Source of the DNA: Patescibacteria group bacterium
GTDB lineage: Bacteria; Patescibacteriota; Microgenomatia; UBA8517
Reading direction: 5' to 3'
Assembly: GCA_038061225.1 (NCBI GenBank)
Contig: JBBTZT010000003.1
Location: forward strand, 257,515 to 321,514
DNA: 64,000 nucleotides
The notes under the pieces are model-generated. The model had not been told where the DNA came from. It saw nothing but the letters and a program-made list of their open reading frames with translations, and searched no databases. How positions within the stretch are numbered: position 1 is the stretch's first letter; each line of letters starts with the position of its first letter. Of this stretch, positions 1-9,574 are shown piece by piece. A program made the position numbers and the translations under genes.

Positions 1-1
1 A

Positions 2-871
2 GATGAAACCAGAAGACAATTTCATTTAAAATTATGGAATATATATAACTTTTTTATTACATATGCCAATATGGATGCATGGCGTCCAGTACAAAGTACA
101 AAGTACAAAGTACAAAGTACTGATATCTTAGATAAATGGATACGGATACGATTAAATGAAACAATAAAAATTGTTACAGATAGTTTAGAAAAATTTGATC
201 CATATGCTTCAAGCAACGCGATTTATCAATTTGTTGATGATTTGTCCGTTTGGTATATTAGAAGATCAAGAGAAAGAAGAAACAATGATTTCTATCAGAC
301 TACATACTATGTGCTACTTACCACAAGCAAACTATTGGCTCCATTTACACCATTTATTTCTGAAATCATATATAAAAATTTAACAAAAGAAGAAAGTGTA
401 CATTTAGTAAGTTGGCCTCATACGAAGATATTAAGTGAGAATGATACAAAGATATTAAATGAAATGAAAATAGTTAGAGAAATTGTTGAGCGTGGCCACG
501 CTTTGAGAAAGGAAAATAATGTTCCTGTTAGACAACCTTTGTCAAAATTACAAATTACAAATACCAAATTTCAAATTGACCAATTAGAACAGATACTTCT
601 GGACGAACTAAATCTTAAATCTATAAAATATGATCAAAAAGAAAATAAATTAGATCTAGAAATAACACCAGAATTAAAAGAAGAAGCTGATACTAGGGAT
701 TTGGTTAGAAAAATACAAAATGCAAGGAAAGAAATAGGAGTTACACTTAATCAAAAAATAGTTGTTACTAACTCATGGTATCCATATAACAAAAAGTTAA
801 TTGAATTTTTAAAAAACAAGACTTTAGCTGTAGAATTAAAAACAGGTGAATTTAACGTAAATGAAGTTTGA
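2..871 (+). CDS. ileS: isoleucyl-tRNA synthetase, C-terminal (anticodon-binding) portion; 5' end lies outside the window
   Basis: The reading frame is open from base 2; the ORF track starts at internal Met 71. The translation ...KLWNIYNFFITYANMDAW... and LSVWYIRRSRERRNNDF match the class Ia aaRS (IleRS-type) anticodon-binding region. Confidence 0.7.
   Translation, partial: DETRRQFHLKLWNIYNFFITYANMDAWRPVQSTKYKVQSTDILDKWIRIRLNETIKIVTDSLEKFDPYASSNAIYQFVDDLSVWYIRRSRERRNNDFYQTTYYVLLTTSKLLAPFTPFISEIIYKNLTKEESVHLVSWPHTKILSENDTKILNEMKIVREIVERGHALRKENNVPVRQPLSKLQITNTKFQIDQLEQILLDELNLKSIKYDQKENKLDLEITPELKEEADTRDLVRKIQNARKEIGVTLNQKIVVTNSWYPYNKKLIEFLKNKTLAVELKTGEFNVNEV
88..120. repeat. heptanucleotide tandem repeat (AGTACAA x4 plus a partial copy) inside ileS, encoding VQSTKYKVQST
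   Basis: The run agtacaaagtacaaagtacaaagtacaaagtac is read directly from the sequence. Confidence 0.8.
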
Positions 872-1892
872 TGCATTTTTTCACATACCAATATTTTTAC
901 TTCTATTTTTTGGTTTTTTTATACTGAATTCTATTGCTCCATCTCTTTTTCCATCGTATTACTGGTATTTTGGTTTAAGTATTGTTGCATTTTTCTTTTT
1001 TTCTCTTTTTGATTTTGAAATTATTTCATCCTTTTCTAGATTTTTTTATATTATTAGTATTGTTTTACTTTTAATAACTTTAGTTATTGGTCAAGTTACA
1101 AGAGGAACTGTTCGCTGGATTCCGATTGGCTCAATTTCGCTACAACCATCAGAAATAGTAAGACCATTTTTACTTATCTTTTTTGCAAATTTTATTGCGG
1201 AGAAAAAATTTAATTTTAAAAGACTAATACAAATTTTATTATTAATGGCCTTGCCATTATTTTTAATTTTAATTCAGCCCTCACTTGGAGTTACTGCCCT
1301 CACCGCTATTGGTTTTTTTGGCCTATTTCTTGCAAGCGAGATTGAAAAGAAATATTTTTTGTATCTTATTCTAATAGCTAGTATTCTAGTGCCTAGTGCC
1401 TTTTTCTTTTTAGCTCCATATCAAAAAAATAGAATCACAACATTTTTAAATCCTTCAAGAGATCCGTTGGGGGCAGGGTATAATGCAATTCAATCAACTA
1501 TTTCAGTCGGTTCTGGAATGATGCTAGGAAGGGGCTTGGGAAAAGGAGTGGGAACTCAACTATCATTTCTTCCTGAACGTCATACTGATTTTATTTTTGC
1601 CTCTGTTGCTGAAGAAATGGGTTTTTTAGGAGCTGTAGTTTTACTTATTTTAACTTTATTTTTATTATATAGAATAATTTACTATTCAGAAAATTCAATT
1701 AATATTTCTGCTAGAATTTTTCTTTCTGGGCTTTTTTTGACTTTGTTTGTACAAACAGTAATTCATGTGGGTATGAATATGGGACTATTTCCAATTACAG
1801 GTGTTCCATATCCATTAGTTTCTGCAGGCGGTTCATCCCTTCTTGCTACTATGACTTCACTTGGTATTGTAATGGGGACAAAAAGAAGTTAA
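861..1892 (+). CDS. SEDS-family peptidoglycan polymerase (FtsW/RodA)
   Basis: Polytopic membrane protein. It has the motif LPERHTDFIFASVAEEMGFLGA and GSGMMLGRGLGKG typical of FtsW/RodA/SpoVE. Its start overlaps the ileS stop. Confidence 0.75.
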   Translation: MKFDAFFHIPIFLLLFFGFFILNSIAPSLFPSYYWYFGLSIVAFFFFSLFDFEIISSFSRFFYIISIVLLLITLVIGQVTRGTVRWIPIGSISLQPSEIVRPFLLIFFANFIAEKKFNFKRLIQILLLMALPLFLILIQPSLGVTALTAIGFFGLFLASEIEKKYFLYLILIASILVPSAFFFLAPYQKNRITTFLNPSRDPLGAGYNAIQSTISVGSGMMLGRGLGKGVGTQLSFLPERHTDFIFASVAEEMGFLGAVVLLILTLFLLYRIIYYSENSINISARIFLSGLFLTLFVQTVIHVGMNMGLFPITGVPYPLVSAGGSSLLATMTSLGIVMGTKRS

Positions 1893-1902
1893 AATACGCT
1901 CT

Positions 1903-2214
1903 ATGGATAAATTTGCAGTAATTAGAATTGGTGGAAAACAATATAGAGTTACTGAGGGCGAAGAAATTTTAGTTGACAAGTTGTCAGACTTAAAGAAAAT
2001 CACTCCAGAAGTTTTACTTTTTGTTGATGGTGATAAAGTAGAAGTAGGAACTCCTGTACTTACAAAAATAAAGGTTAAAATAAAAGTTATAACAGAAGTT
2101 GAAAAAGGAGAAAAAATTAGAGTGTTCAAGTACAAAGCAAAAAGCAGAGAAAGAAGACATGTGGGTTTTAGAGCCCAATTCACAAGACTTCTAGTTGAAA
2201 AGATATCAAACTAA
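1903..2214 (+). CDS. rplU: 50S ribosomal protein L21
   Basis: N-terminus MDKFAVIRIGGKQYRV; length 103 aa; followed by L27. Confidence 0.85.
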   Translation: MDKFAVIRIGGKQYRVTEGEEILVDKLSDLKKITPEVLLFVDGDKVEVGTPVLTKIKVKIKVITEVEKGEKIRVFKYKAKSRERRHVGFRAQFTRLLVEKISN

Positions 2215-2228
2215 TATTTTTTGATCTA

Positions 2229-2257
2229 TTGACAACTGTGAAAACCTAAGTTATATT
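2229..2257 (+). promoter_or_regulatory. sigma70-like promoter upstream of rpmA (TTGACA-17bp-TATATT)
   Basis: TTGACA at 2229-2234, a 17-nt spacer, TATATT at 2252-2257, then the rpmA start at 2268. Confidence 0.35.
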
Positions 2258-2267
2258 CTTTTTAGTT

Positions 2268-2519
2268 ATGTCAACACACAAAGCAGCAGGAAAAGCAAAA
2301 CAACATGTATCGCCAGCCGGTAAAAGGCTTGGTACTAAAGTTACTGCTATGCAAAAAGTAGCTTCAGGTGAAATACTAGTTCGCCAAAATGGAACAAAAA
2401 TTGGAGCAGGTAAAAATGTAAAAGTTGGTAGAGATCATACTTTGTACGCGGTGGCGTCGGGTGTTGTTGGGTTTACTACCAAACTAGGAAAGAAATTAGT
2501 TAATGTTGTTAAGAATTAA
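2268..2519 (+). CDS. rpmA: 50S ribosomal protein L27
   Basis: Contains GKRLGTK...IVRQNGTKIGAGKNV.VGRDHTLYA, the canonical L27 motifs. Confidence 0.9.
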   Translation: MSTHKAAGKAKQHVSPAGKRLGTKVTAMQKVASGEILVRQNGTKIGAGKNVKVGRDHTLYAVASGVVGFTTKLGKKLVNVVKN

Positions 2520-2587
2520 CCTAATTGCACTAATTGACCTAAATTAGAGTACTTAGAGTAATTAGAATAATTAGAAATTTTAAATAT

Positions 2588-3403
2588 ATGGCAGAAGAAG
2601 TAATACAACTTGATATAAATCAACTTCAACCAAATCCATTACAGCCACGTGGAGCTATTACTCCAGAAAGTTTAGTAGATCTTGTGGATTCTATAAGAGA
2701 ACATGGAATTTTAGAACCTTTAGTTATTGCTAAAACTCCAGCAGGATTTCAAATAATTGCAGGGGAGAGAAGATGGAGAGCAAGTAAACTTGCAGGTTTA
2801 ACCCATGTACCTGTAATTATTCGTGAGACAACTCCAAAAGGAATGCTTGAAATGGCAATTGTTGAAAACGTTCAAAGAGTTGATCTTAATGCACTTGACA
2901 GGGCCAAAGGTTTTGAAAGATTAATGGATGAGTTTGGTTTAACAACTTCAGAAGTTGCAGTTAGAATTGGAAAATCAGTTGCCTATGTTAGTAATTCTTT
3001 AAGGCTATTAACTTTACCAGATGCTTTAAAAGATGGACTTCTTTCAGGACTTATTTCTGAAGGTCATGCAAGAGCTTTAGCCGCAATCGACGATACCGAT
3101 TTGATGATTGAAGCCTATAAAATAATACTTCGTGAAAGTGGATCAGTCAGACGTGCAGAAGAATTAGCCAGAAGAATGAAAGCAGAACATAATGAAAAAA
3201 GAAAAGTCAATTTACCAAAGATGCATATAGTATCTGATGAAATAGACAAAATGAAATCTGACTTTGAGCGTGCATTAGGTGAGAAACATCAAGTAAAACT
3301 TGCAAGAAGTAGAAGAGAGACAAGGCTTACATTTATTTTAAAAGGATCACTTGATGAAACAGAAAATACACTTCAATTAATCTACAAAGCAGTAGCAAGC
3401 TAG
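2588..3403 (+). CDS. parB: ParB/Spo0J chromosome partitioning protein
   Basis: ParB box motifs GERRWRA and LVENVQR, plus an HTH region. Confidence 0.85.
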   Translation: MAEEVIQLDINQLQPNPLQPRGAITPESLVDLVDSIREHGILEPLVIAKTPAGFQIIAGERRWRASKLAGLTHVPVIIRETTPKGMLEMAIVENVQRVDLNALDRAKGFERLMDEFGLTTSEVAVRIGKSVAYVSNSLRLLTLPDALKDGLLSGLISEGHARALAAIDDTDLMIEAYKIILRESGSVRRAEELARRMKAEHNEKRKVNLPKMHIVSDEIDKMKSDFERALGEKHQVKLARSRRETRLTFILKGSLDETENTLQLIYKAVAS

Positions 3404-3413
3404 TGACTAATGA

Positions 3414-3956
3414 CTAGTAGCTAGGTTTTGAAACAAAACCAGAAAGTTTCATTGGCCAATAAATAATCCAAGCTTTTCCTGTAATTACTTTTTTGGTTAT
3501 TGGTCCCCACGCTCTTGAGTCTGAAGAATGTGATCTATTATCTCCCAGTACAAAATAATTTCCGTCAGGAACTTGATATTTTTCCTCTTCAGAGAGAAAA
3601 CTTCCAGGATATGAACTCATTTTTATATAATCTTCTTTTAATTCAATATCATTAACAAAAATTCTACCATTTATTAAAGTAATAGAATCTCCAGGTAGTC
3701 CAATTATCCTTTTTATAAATTCGTCTTCAGAAATTGGAGGTTTAAAAACAACAACATCACCTCTTTTGGGATTATCTTTATAATAGCTCACCTTTTCGGT
3801 TAAAAGATATTCGCCGTCTGGGAAATTTGGTTCCATTGAAGCCCCTTTAATTTTATGTGGTCTTAAAATTAATAAATAAACAATCAAAAATATTCCAACA
3901 GCTAGGACAATAACTTCCAAAATATCCATAAAAAAAGCACCAAGACGTTTAAACAT
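3414..3956 (-). CDS. lepB: signal peptidase I
   Basis: N-terminal TM, GASMEPNF (Ser box), KRIIGLPGD and VLGDNRSHSSDSR boxes. Confidence 0.85.
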   Translation of the reverse strand: MFKRLGAFFMDILEVIVLAVGIFLIVYLLILRPHKIKGASMEPNFPDGEYLLTEKVSYYKDNPKRGDVVVFKPPISEDEFIKRIIGLPGDSITLINGRIFVNDIELKEDYIKMSSYPGSFLSEEEKYQVPDGNYFVLGDNRSHSSDSRAWGPITKKVITGKAWIIYWPMKLSGFVSKPSY

Positions 3957-3961
3957 ACTGT

Positions 3962-5029
3962 TTATAATAGTATCACATCATGAGGACCACTCTCTACCAT
4001 TCCTTGTGCTGTGATTTGCACAAATTTAGCATTTTTCCACAAAGAATTAATGTCATTTGCCCCAGAATAACTAAAACCAGATCTTATATTGGCTGTTAAT
4101 TTTTCAATTAAAGCCGACAGTGATCCTTTATATGGAACAATTGATTCAACTCCCTCAATCTGTTTTATAGAATGAGCCTCTGTATCTTTTCTGTTAAATA
4201 ATGAATTTTTCTTTTTTTCAGCTAAGGATGTAGATGCGTTATAGACTTTATATTTTTTGCTGTTTCTTTTAACAAGTTTTCCAGGAGTTTCATCACAACC
4301 GGCAAAAATACCTCCTGCCATAATAGCAGATGCACCAGCTGCTAAACCTTTAACAATATCACCTGAAGTTTTTACACCACCATCTGCAATAATAAACTTT
4401 TTGTGGAGTCTTGCTACCCTTGCTGATTCAAGAATGGCTGTAATTTGGGGAACACCTGAACCTGTTTCAATTCTTGTTGTACAAATTGACCCTGGTCCTA
4501 TCCCGACTTTGACACAATCAGCTCCTGCTTTAAAAATAGCATCAGTTGCTTCATATGTTGCAGAATTTCCTGAAACTATGTCAACACTGTTTCCAAACAT
4601 TTGTTTTAATTTAATTGTTGCATCTAAATTTTTTTGCATATGGCCATGTGCTACATCTATAAACAAAATATCAACTCCTGCTTTAACCAAGGCGCTAGCG
4701 CGTTCAACTATTCCATTTCTGGCCCCAACTGCAGCTCCAACTAATACTTTTTCTAGTTTTACTTTTTTAACTTCGTCAGCTTGTAAATCAATTGGCATAA
4801 ACCTTGGAATTACACCAAGTCCGCCCAGTTTAGCCAGTGCAATTGCCATTTTAGAATCTGTGACGTCACTCATATTTGCAGAAATAAGAGGGATGTTTAA
4901 AGTGATTCGTGGACTAATTTTGGTTTCTAGCGAAATATCATTTCTGCTATTAATATTTGAGTATTGGGGTACTAAAAGAACATCATCATAAGACAAAGCT
5001 AGCGGTATGTTATATATATTTTTTGACAC
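3962..5029 (-). CDS. IMP dehydrogenase/GMP reductase family protein (no CBS pair)
   Basis: N-terminus ALSYDDVLLVP; catalytic loop GIGPGSICTTR; 355 aa. Confidence 0.75.
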   Translation of the reverse strand: MSKNIYNIPLALSYDDVLLVPQYSNINSRNDISLETKISPRITLNIPLISANMSDVTDSKMAIALAKLGGLGVIPRFMPIDLQADEVKKVKLEKVLVGAAVGARNGIVERASALVKAGVDILFIDVAHGHMQKNLDATIKLKQMFGNSVDIVSGNSATYEATDAIFKAGADCVKVGIGPGSICTTRIETGSGVPQITAILESARVARLHKKFIIADGGVKTSGDIVKGLAAGASAIMAGGIFAGCDETPGKLVKRNSKKYKVYNASTSLAEKKKNSLFNRKDTEAHSIKQIEGVESIVPYKGSLSALIEKLTANIRSGFSYSGANDINSLWKNAKFVQITAQGMVESGPHDVILL

Positions 5030-5115
5030 AACATGAATTACTTTAAATTAATATAGAACTCATGTCAATTCTATAAAAAACATTTCAAAAGTGGTATTAT
5101 TACTCTAATATACTG

Positions 5116-5187
5116 GGGCGCTTGGTCCAGTGGTAGGGCGCTTCGTTCACATCGAAGAGGTCGCAAGTTCAATTCTTGCAGCGCCCA
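5116..5187 (+). tRNA. tRNA-Val (anticodon CAC)
   Basis: Cloverleaf read by eye. Acceptor GGGCGCT/AGCGCCC, D-arm GGTCCAGTGGTAGG, anticodon stem CTTCG/CGAAG with loop TTCACAT, T-arm GCAAG-TTCAATT-CTTGC, discriminator A. No CCA is encoded. Confidence 0.8.
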
Positions 5188-5194
5188 CAAAAAA

Positions 5195-5419
5195 ATGACT
5201 AAAAGAAAAAAAAGAGAAAAAGGAATTTTGTTAGAAGAACATCCTAATAGACCTGGGTATCCTGATCTGATTGGACACAGACAATTAAGAATAATGAAAA
5301 TGGGTGTGGTAGTTCGTGGTAAAGGTATTATTGAATCTTTGGAGAACAGATTAAAAAGATCAAAAAAAGAATTAGGTCTTGATGTAGCAGATGATAATTT
5401 TGGAGAAAGACGGATATAA
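5195..5419 (+). CDS. small basic hypothetical protein
   Basis: 74-aa ORF immediately 3' of tRNA-Val; no recognisable motif. Confidence 0.3.
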   Translation: MTKRKKREKGILLEEHPNRPGYPDLIGHRQLRIMKMGVVVRGKGIIESLENRLKRSKKELGLDVADDNFGERRI

Positions 5420-5426
5420 TTGATTA

Positions 5427-5921
5427 ATGACAAGATTGGGAATTGTAAATTTAACACAAAGTATAACTGCAATAATTGCATTTATTTTTTTGACCTTGCA
5501 AATTTATTCAAATGCAAAAATATTTAAAATTTTAACTTATTTTTTTATTTTTATTCAACCAATTTTAATAATTATTTCTATTTACTTTTTATACGCCAGA
5601 TTTGACCCTTTTTATATGTACACAGATCTTTGTCTTCTTTGTGGTAAAAAATATGAATATGATATTAATTTTTTAAGAATTGCCTTCTATGCTGTTAGCT
5701 TTGCAGTTTTTGCTCCATATTTTAAAAATATAAACAATTGGTTTAAAACAAACTGGAAGTTATTAAGATATTTATATTATCTAGGTTTTTATTCACTTTC
5801 TATTTATTTATACAACACCAGCCCATTTAGCAACTCAAAATTATTTATTATATTATTTTATCTGGCTCAGGCAGTAGTCTTATACCAATTATTATTAGTA
5901 TTAAGAAAGAAGCAAGACTAA
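5427..5921 (+). CDS. hypothetical polytopic membrane protein
   Basis: 164-aa hydrophobic ORF. Its 3' end overlaps the convergent surface-protein gene, so the real extent is uncertain. Confidence 0.3.
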   Translation: MTRLGIVNLTQSITAIIAFIFLTLQIYSNAKIFKILTYFFIFIQPILIIISIYFLYARFDPFYMYTDLCLLCGKKYEYDINFLRIAFYAVSFAVFAPYFKNINNWFKTNWKLLRYLYYLGFYSLSIYLYNTSPFSNSKLFIILFYLAQAVVLYQLLLVLRKKQD

Positions 5922-8067
5922 TTAAAAAGATATCTATTTTATCTAAGTGTTTAACAATTGTTTTTACAGTTTCAGTTTTTGAACCAAGAACTTCCTTTTT
6001 TTCATCTTTCTTTTCTTCTTCTTGATCCTTGTAATATACATCTTGATAGATAATATATTTTTTAAAAATATCACTACCCAAAACTTGAACGTTATTATTT
6101 TGTGTACCGTTTGCAATTGGTGGACCAGCTTTTGATAAAGTTCTAAAAGTATGTTCACTACTTATAGATACAGGAGAACCTTCTGAAATAACTCTGTAAT
6201 AATAAAGAGTGCCACTACCAAGCCCTGTAATGGTTACTGAATGAGAAGTTACTTTTGAAGACTCATTGTATGTAGCTGTTGAAAATGCATATCCATAATT
6301 AGGAGCGCTTCCCAATGAATCATGCGAGACGGTGTCGTAAATAACTCTACTTGAAGAAAGTTTATCCGTAGTCCAAGTAATTGTAGCTGTTCCATAAGTT
6401 GATGAAACACCGTTTTCACCAGAAATAGTAGCTAGTACATCAACAGTGTTTGTTGCAGTTTCGCTATTTTCTTTTGTGTAAACAATATCATAGGTATCAG
6501 TACCATCAGATAGCAAAGTCTGACTGAAAGAATTTTGAGTAACAACACCATTAACATTATATAAATAACTCTCAAGAGTGTATTCTCCCGTACTTCCCTT
6601 AACTCTTAATTTATAATTAGCTGAATTTGGTTTTTCAAATAATAAAATAGAGAGTGGCTCGCCACTTTTATTATTTGGATCAGAAATATCATTTATAGGG
6701 TCTTCAGTAAAAGATGTTGCAATAACATTACCATTTGAATCAATAAGTTCCAAAGTAATACCACTACTTGCTACAAACATCATGTATGACAAATCAGAAT
6801 GGGTTGGAGAATATGAATTAATTGCAAGAAAAGAATTACCATATGAAGTTAGATCATTCCTGTCTGCATATCCTGGATCATTTATTGCATAAACTCCATT
6901 AAACAGCTTTCCTGTTGCAACTACAAAATGCCCTTCCTCTTTTAAAATTGCAGGACGATTATTATTTAATTCATTATCAAGATTATTTTCAGTTGCTGAT
7001 AATCTTTTATATTCAAGAGTCGGGGAAGAGGGAGAATCATTATTTTTTGTATATCTTGAAATAGCTAGCCAATTAATTAAACCATTTCCAATATATCCAT
7101 CAGATTGGCTTTTTAACCAAGTGTTTAATGCATCGGGCAATATATCATGTCCATGATATTTCAAAACCATTGATGCAGAGGTTAATACACACCCCCATTG
7201 TTTTATGGTTGTAACAGTATGGTCATATAGATTACCTTGCCATGGTTCAGAGTATTGCTTTAAACTTGGAACAGATAGAATAGGAATAATTGGAGTGGGA
7301 CTTGCAGTCGACGTTGCTGTCGCGGTGGCGGTTGCTGTTGGACTGGGTGTTGGGGATGGAGTAGAACTTGCAGTGGGAGTTGGAGTAGGCGTTGGAGTAG
7401 CTGATGGTGTTGCCGTAGGACTTGCAGTTGCAGTCGGCGCCGCAGTCGCATCCATTATCTCCGTCACCACCACATTATCAAACCAAACTTGAGATGGAGA
7501 TACTGCGCCAGCACCAACTCTTAATCCTATTTTACCTTCAAGTAATGGTGAATTTGCATCAGTATAGTCGATATAGAGTACATCATCTACGTATATTTTG
7601 TAATTATTGTTATTGGCAATAATTTTTATTTTATAATTTATATTATCAACAAAATTTCCAGAATTCGCGGTTAAATTTACAGATGATCCTGGAATATGCT
7701 TCTCTAAAGAAATATCATTTGTTGTCAGATGAATTCCGTATTTTGAATTTGACGCTGTATATCTAAACATTGCATTTTTATCCACACCTTGCTTACCTAA
7801 GAGCTCAAATTCATATATATAGTTTTTCCATAAGATATTTCCAGCGACCGACTCAGCACAACAGGTTGCATAAGTTGAACCATAGCGTTTACTGCCATCA
7901 ATTGTGTTCCAATCCCATGTACCACTGGTTGGTGTCCATTGAGATGTGTTAGTTTCAAAATCTTCCTCAAATAGTGAAGCTGAAACTAAAGGTGAATTGA
8001 AAATCACAATTGATGTACAATATACTAAAATAAATACCGAAACTATTAACTTTTTATAGTTAAGCAT
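5848..8067 (-). CDS. large cell-surface protein with several domains
   Basis: Domain order is signal peptide, LamG/ConA-like lectin domain, Thr/Pro-rich linker, peptidase C39-like papain-fold domain, Fn3-like domains, C-terminal TM anchor. Signal peptide is MLNYKKLIVSVFILVYCTSIVIFNSPLVSAS. The N-terminal jelly-roll-like region contains WFDNVVVTE. The C39-like core reads KQWGCVLTSASMVLKYHG. A YYYRV Fn3-like signature is present. The C-terminal hydrophobic anchor is IFLISLASFLILIIIGIRLL. Confidence 0.7.
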   Translation of the reverse strand: MLNYKKLIVSVFILVYCTSIVIFNSPLVSASLFEEDFETNTSQWTPTSGTWDWNTIDGSKRYGSTYATCCAESVAGNILWKNYIYEFELLGKQGVDKNAMFRYTASNSKYGIHLTTNDISLEKHIPGSSVNLTANSGNFVDNINYKIKIIANNNNYKIYVDDVLYIDYTDANSPLLEGKIGLRVGAGAVSPSQVWFDNVVVTEIMDATAAPTATASPTATPSATPTPTPTPTASSTPSPTPSPTATATATATSTASPTPIIPILSVPSLKQYSEPWQGNLYDHTVTTIKQWGCVLTSASMVLKYHGHDILPDALNTWLKSQSDGYIGNGLINWLAISRYTKNNDSPSSPTLEYKRLSATENNLDNELNNNRPAILKEEGHFVVATGKLFNGVYAINDPGYADRNDLTSYGNSFLAINSYSPTHSDLSYMMFVASSGITLELIDSNGNVIATSFTEDPINDISDPNNKSGEPLSILLFEKPNSANYKLRVKGSTGEYTLESYLYNVNGVVTQNSFSQTLLSDGTDTYDIVYTKENSETATNTVDVLATISGENGVSSTYGTATITWTTDKLSSSRVIYDTVSHDSLGSAPNYGYAFSTATYNESSKVTSHSVTITGLGSGTLYYYRVISEGSPVSISSEHTFRTLSKAGPPIANGTQNNNVQVLGSDIFKKYIIYQDVYYKDQEEEKKDEKKEVLGSKTETVKTIVKHLDKIDIFLISLASFLILIIIGIRLLPEPDKII
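7296..7452. repeat. low-complexity GC-rich repeat encoding the Thr/Pro/Ala/Ser linker of the surface protein
   Basis: GC-rich repetitive nucleotides (ggagtaggcgttggagtagctgatggtgttgccgtagga...) encode ATAAPTATASPTATPSATPTPTPTPTASSTPSPTPSPTATATATATSTASPTP on the minus strand. Confidence 0.6.
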
Positions 8068-8114
8068 TACAACTATAGTATTTATATTTATTATTTCTTT
8101 GTCAATAGTTATAT

Positions 8115-8762
8115 ATGAAAATTAATCAAAACACTTCCAAATTTTGGGGTAACAAGATTTTTGAACAATTTACAACAATCATCAAAAGTCCAATATACAA
8201 ACATAAATTAAAATTAGTTTTTAACGAAATTAAAAATGGAAAAGGTAATATTTTAGATGTTGGTGTCGGTTATGGGTTTATAGAAGATTTAATAGTTAAA
8301 AATAATCTCAATTTTAATATGAGTGGGTTAGATATTTCTAAACAAATAATTATTAATGCAAATAAAAAATACAGAGGTAAATTTATAGTTGGAAATATAA
8401 CAAAAATAAAATTCATTGATAACCAATTTGATTATGTTTTAGCGTTAGATATCTTAGAACATTTATCTTCTGAGGAATTAAATAAAGGATTAGGTGAGAT
8501 ATATAGAATTATGAAAAGCAATGGTAAATTAATTATTTCAGTTCCATTAAATGAAAATGATCATGATTCAAAACAAAATCATCATATACAAAAATTTAAT
8601 CTAGAAAAAATTATTAAAACACTAAAAAAATCAAATTTTTTGGTAACAAAAAAATATGAATTAATTTCTTACAAAAAATATTATTTTTTGAAAAACGTAA
8701 TTAATAGAATAGTAAAACTGTCAAAACCAAACCTTCTTATTTTAATTTGTAAAAAGGAATGA
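8115..8762 (+). CDS. class I SAM-dependent methyltransferase (type 11-like)
   Basis: Motif I ILDVGVGYGF, motif II-like DYVLALDILEHL, and SNGKLIISVP. Confidence 0.65.
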   Translation: MKINQNTSKFWGNKIFEQFTTIIKSPIYKHKLKLVFNEIKNGKGNILDVGVGYGFIEDLIVKNNLNFNMSGLDISKQIIINANKKYRGKFIVGNITKIKFIDNQFDYVLALDILEHLSSEELNKGLGEIYRIMKSNGKLIISVPLNENDHDSKQNHHIQKFNLEKIIKTLKKSNFLVTKKYELISYKKYYFLKNVINRIVKLSKPNLLILICKKE

Positions 8763-9574
8763 AAAACAGAAATATACTTTTCATAGCAAAACAAAAATGG
8801 CCACATATTGGTGGGGTGGAAAGGCATATTGAGGGGATAGCGAATAGGTTACAGGGGACAGATAACAAAGTAACAACAGTTTCTGAAGAGGATATAAAAC
8901 CACCGCACACTAAAATTTTAGGACTTTTATATATTTGGTATTGGTTATTTAAAAACAGACATTTAATAGCCACGTCAGACGTGGTGCATATACATGATGT
9001 TTTTATTTGGTATATACCTTTTAGGTTTATTTTTCCAAAGAAAAAAGTATATATAACTTTTCATGGATGGGAGGGAAAATGGCCACTCCCGATGTGGGCA
9101 ATATTAAACAAACGCGTTGCTAACTTTTTATGTAATGGCAGTATTGCAGTTGGTATATATATTGAGAAATGGTATGGAATAAAAGCTACATACACCACAT
9201 ACGGTGGTGTAGATATAAGATGTATGATCAAAGATGTAAGAAAAACAAAAAAAACAATTGTTTTTTTAGGTCGACAAGATAATGATACTGGAATAAAAGA
9301 ATTTAAAGAATGGCTATTAAAACAAGAAGTAAAATATTCAGTTAAATATATAACTAATAGTCTATACCCTGAAAAATATTTAAAAACTGCAGAGTATTGT
9401 GTTCCATCTGGTTATTTATCTTACCTTGAAGCAAAAAGTTTTGGATGTAAAATACTAACTTTTCCAAACAACCCATTAAAAATTGATTATTGGAAAGAAA
9501 TACAAAATATTAATAAAATTCCAACTTGGTCAGAAGTAGCTGATATTTATATAAAATTATGGCAAAACAACTAG
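8759..9574 (+). CDS. compact glycosyltransferase, GT1/GT4-like
   Basis: N-terminal NILFIAKQKWPHIGGVERHI and C-terminal SYLEAKSFGCKILTF (the E-x7-E-like GT1 motif). Confidence 0.5.
   Translation: MKNRNILFIAKQKWPHIGGVERHIEGIANRLQGTDNKVTTVSEEDIKPPHTKILGLLYIWYWLFKNRHLIATSDVVHIHDVFIWYIPFRFIFPKKKVYITFHGWEGKWPLPMWAILNKRVANFLCNGSIAVGIYIEKWYGIKATYTTYGGVDIRCMIKDVRKTKKTIVFLGRQDNDTGIKEFKEWLLKQEVKYSVKYITNSLYPEKYLKTAEYCVPSGYLSYLEAKSFGCKILTFPNNPLKIDYWKEIQNINKIPTWSEVADIYIKLWQNN

Noticed and set aside
2520-2587. Repeated TAATTAG/CTAATTG words between rpmA and parB, and a search for parS (tGTTTCACGTGAAACa).
   Set aside because: No parS-like 16-bp palindrome was found anywhere in the window. The AT-rich words may be incidental. 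They are left as an unclassified observation.
4257-4991. 244-aa plus-strand ORF.
   Set aside because: It is fully antisense to the well-supported IMPDH-family gene. It has Ala/Pro/Thr-rich low-complexity composition, typical of a shadow ORF.
5071-5481. 136-aa minus-strand ORF.
   Set aside because: It overlaps tRNA-Val and the downstream small ORF and has no motif, so it is spurious.
7205-7622. Three small ORFs (both strands) in the 7.2-7.6 kb region.
   Set aside because: They are artefacts of the GC-rich linker repeat inside the surface-protein gene.
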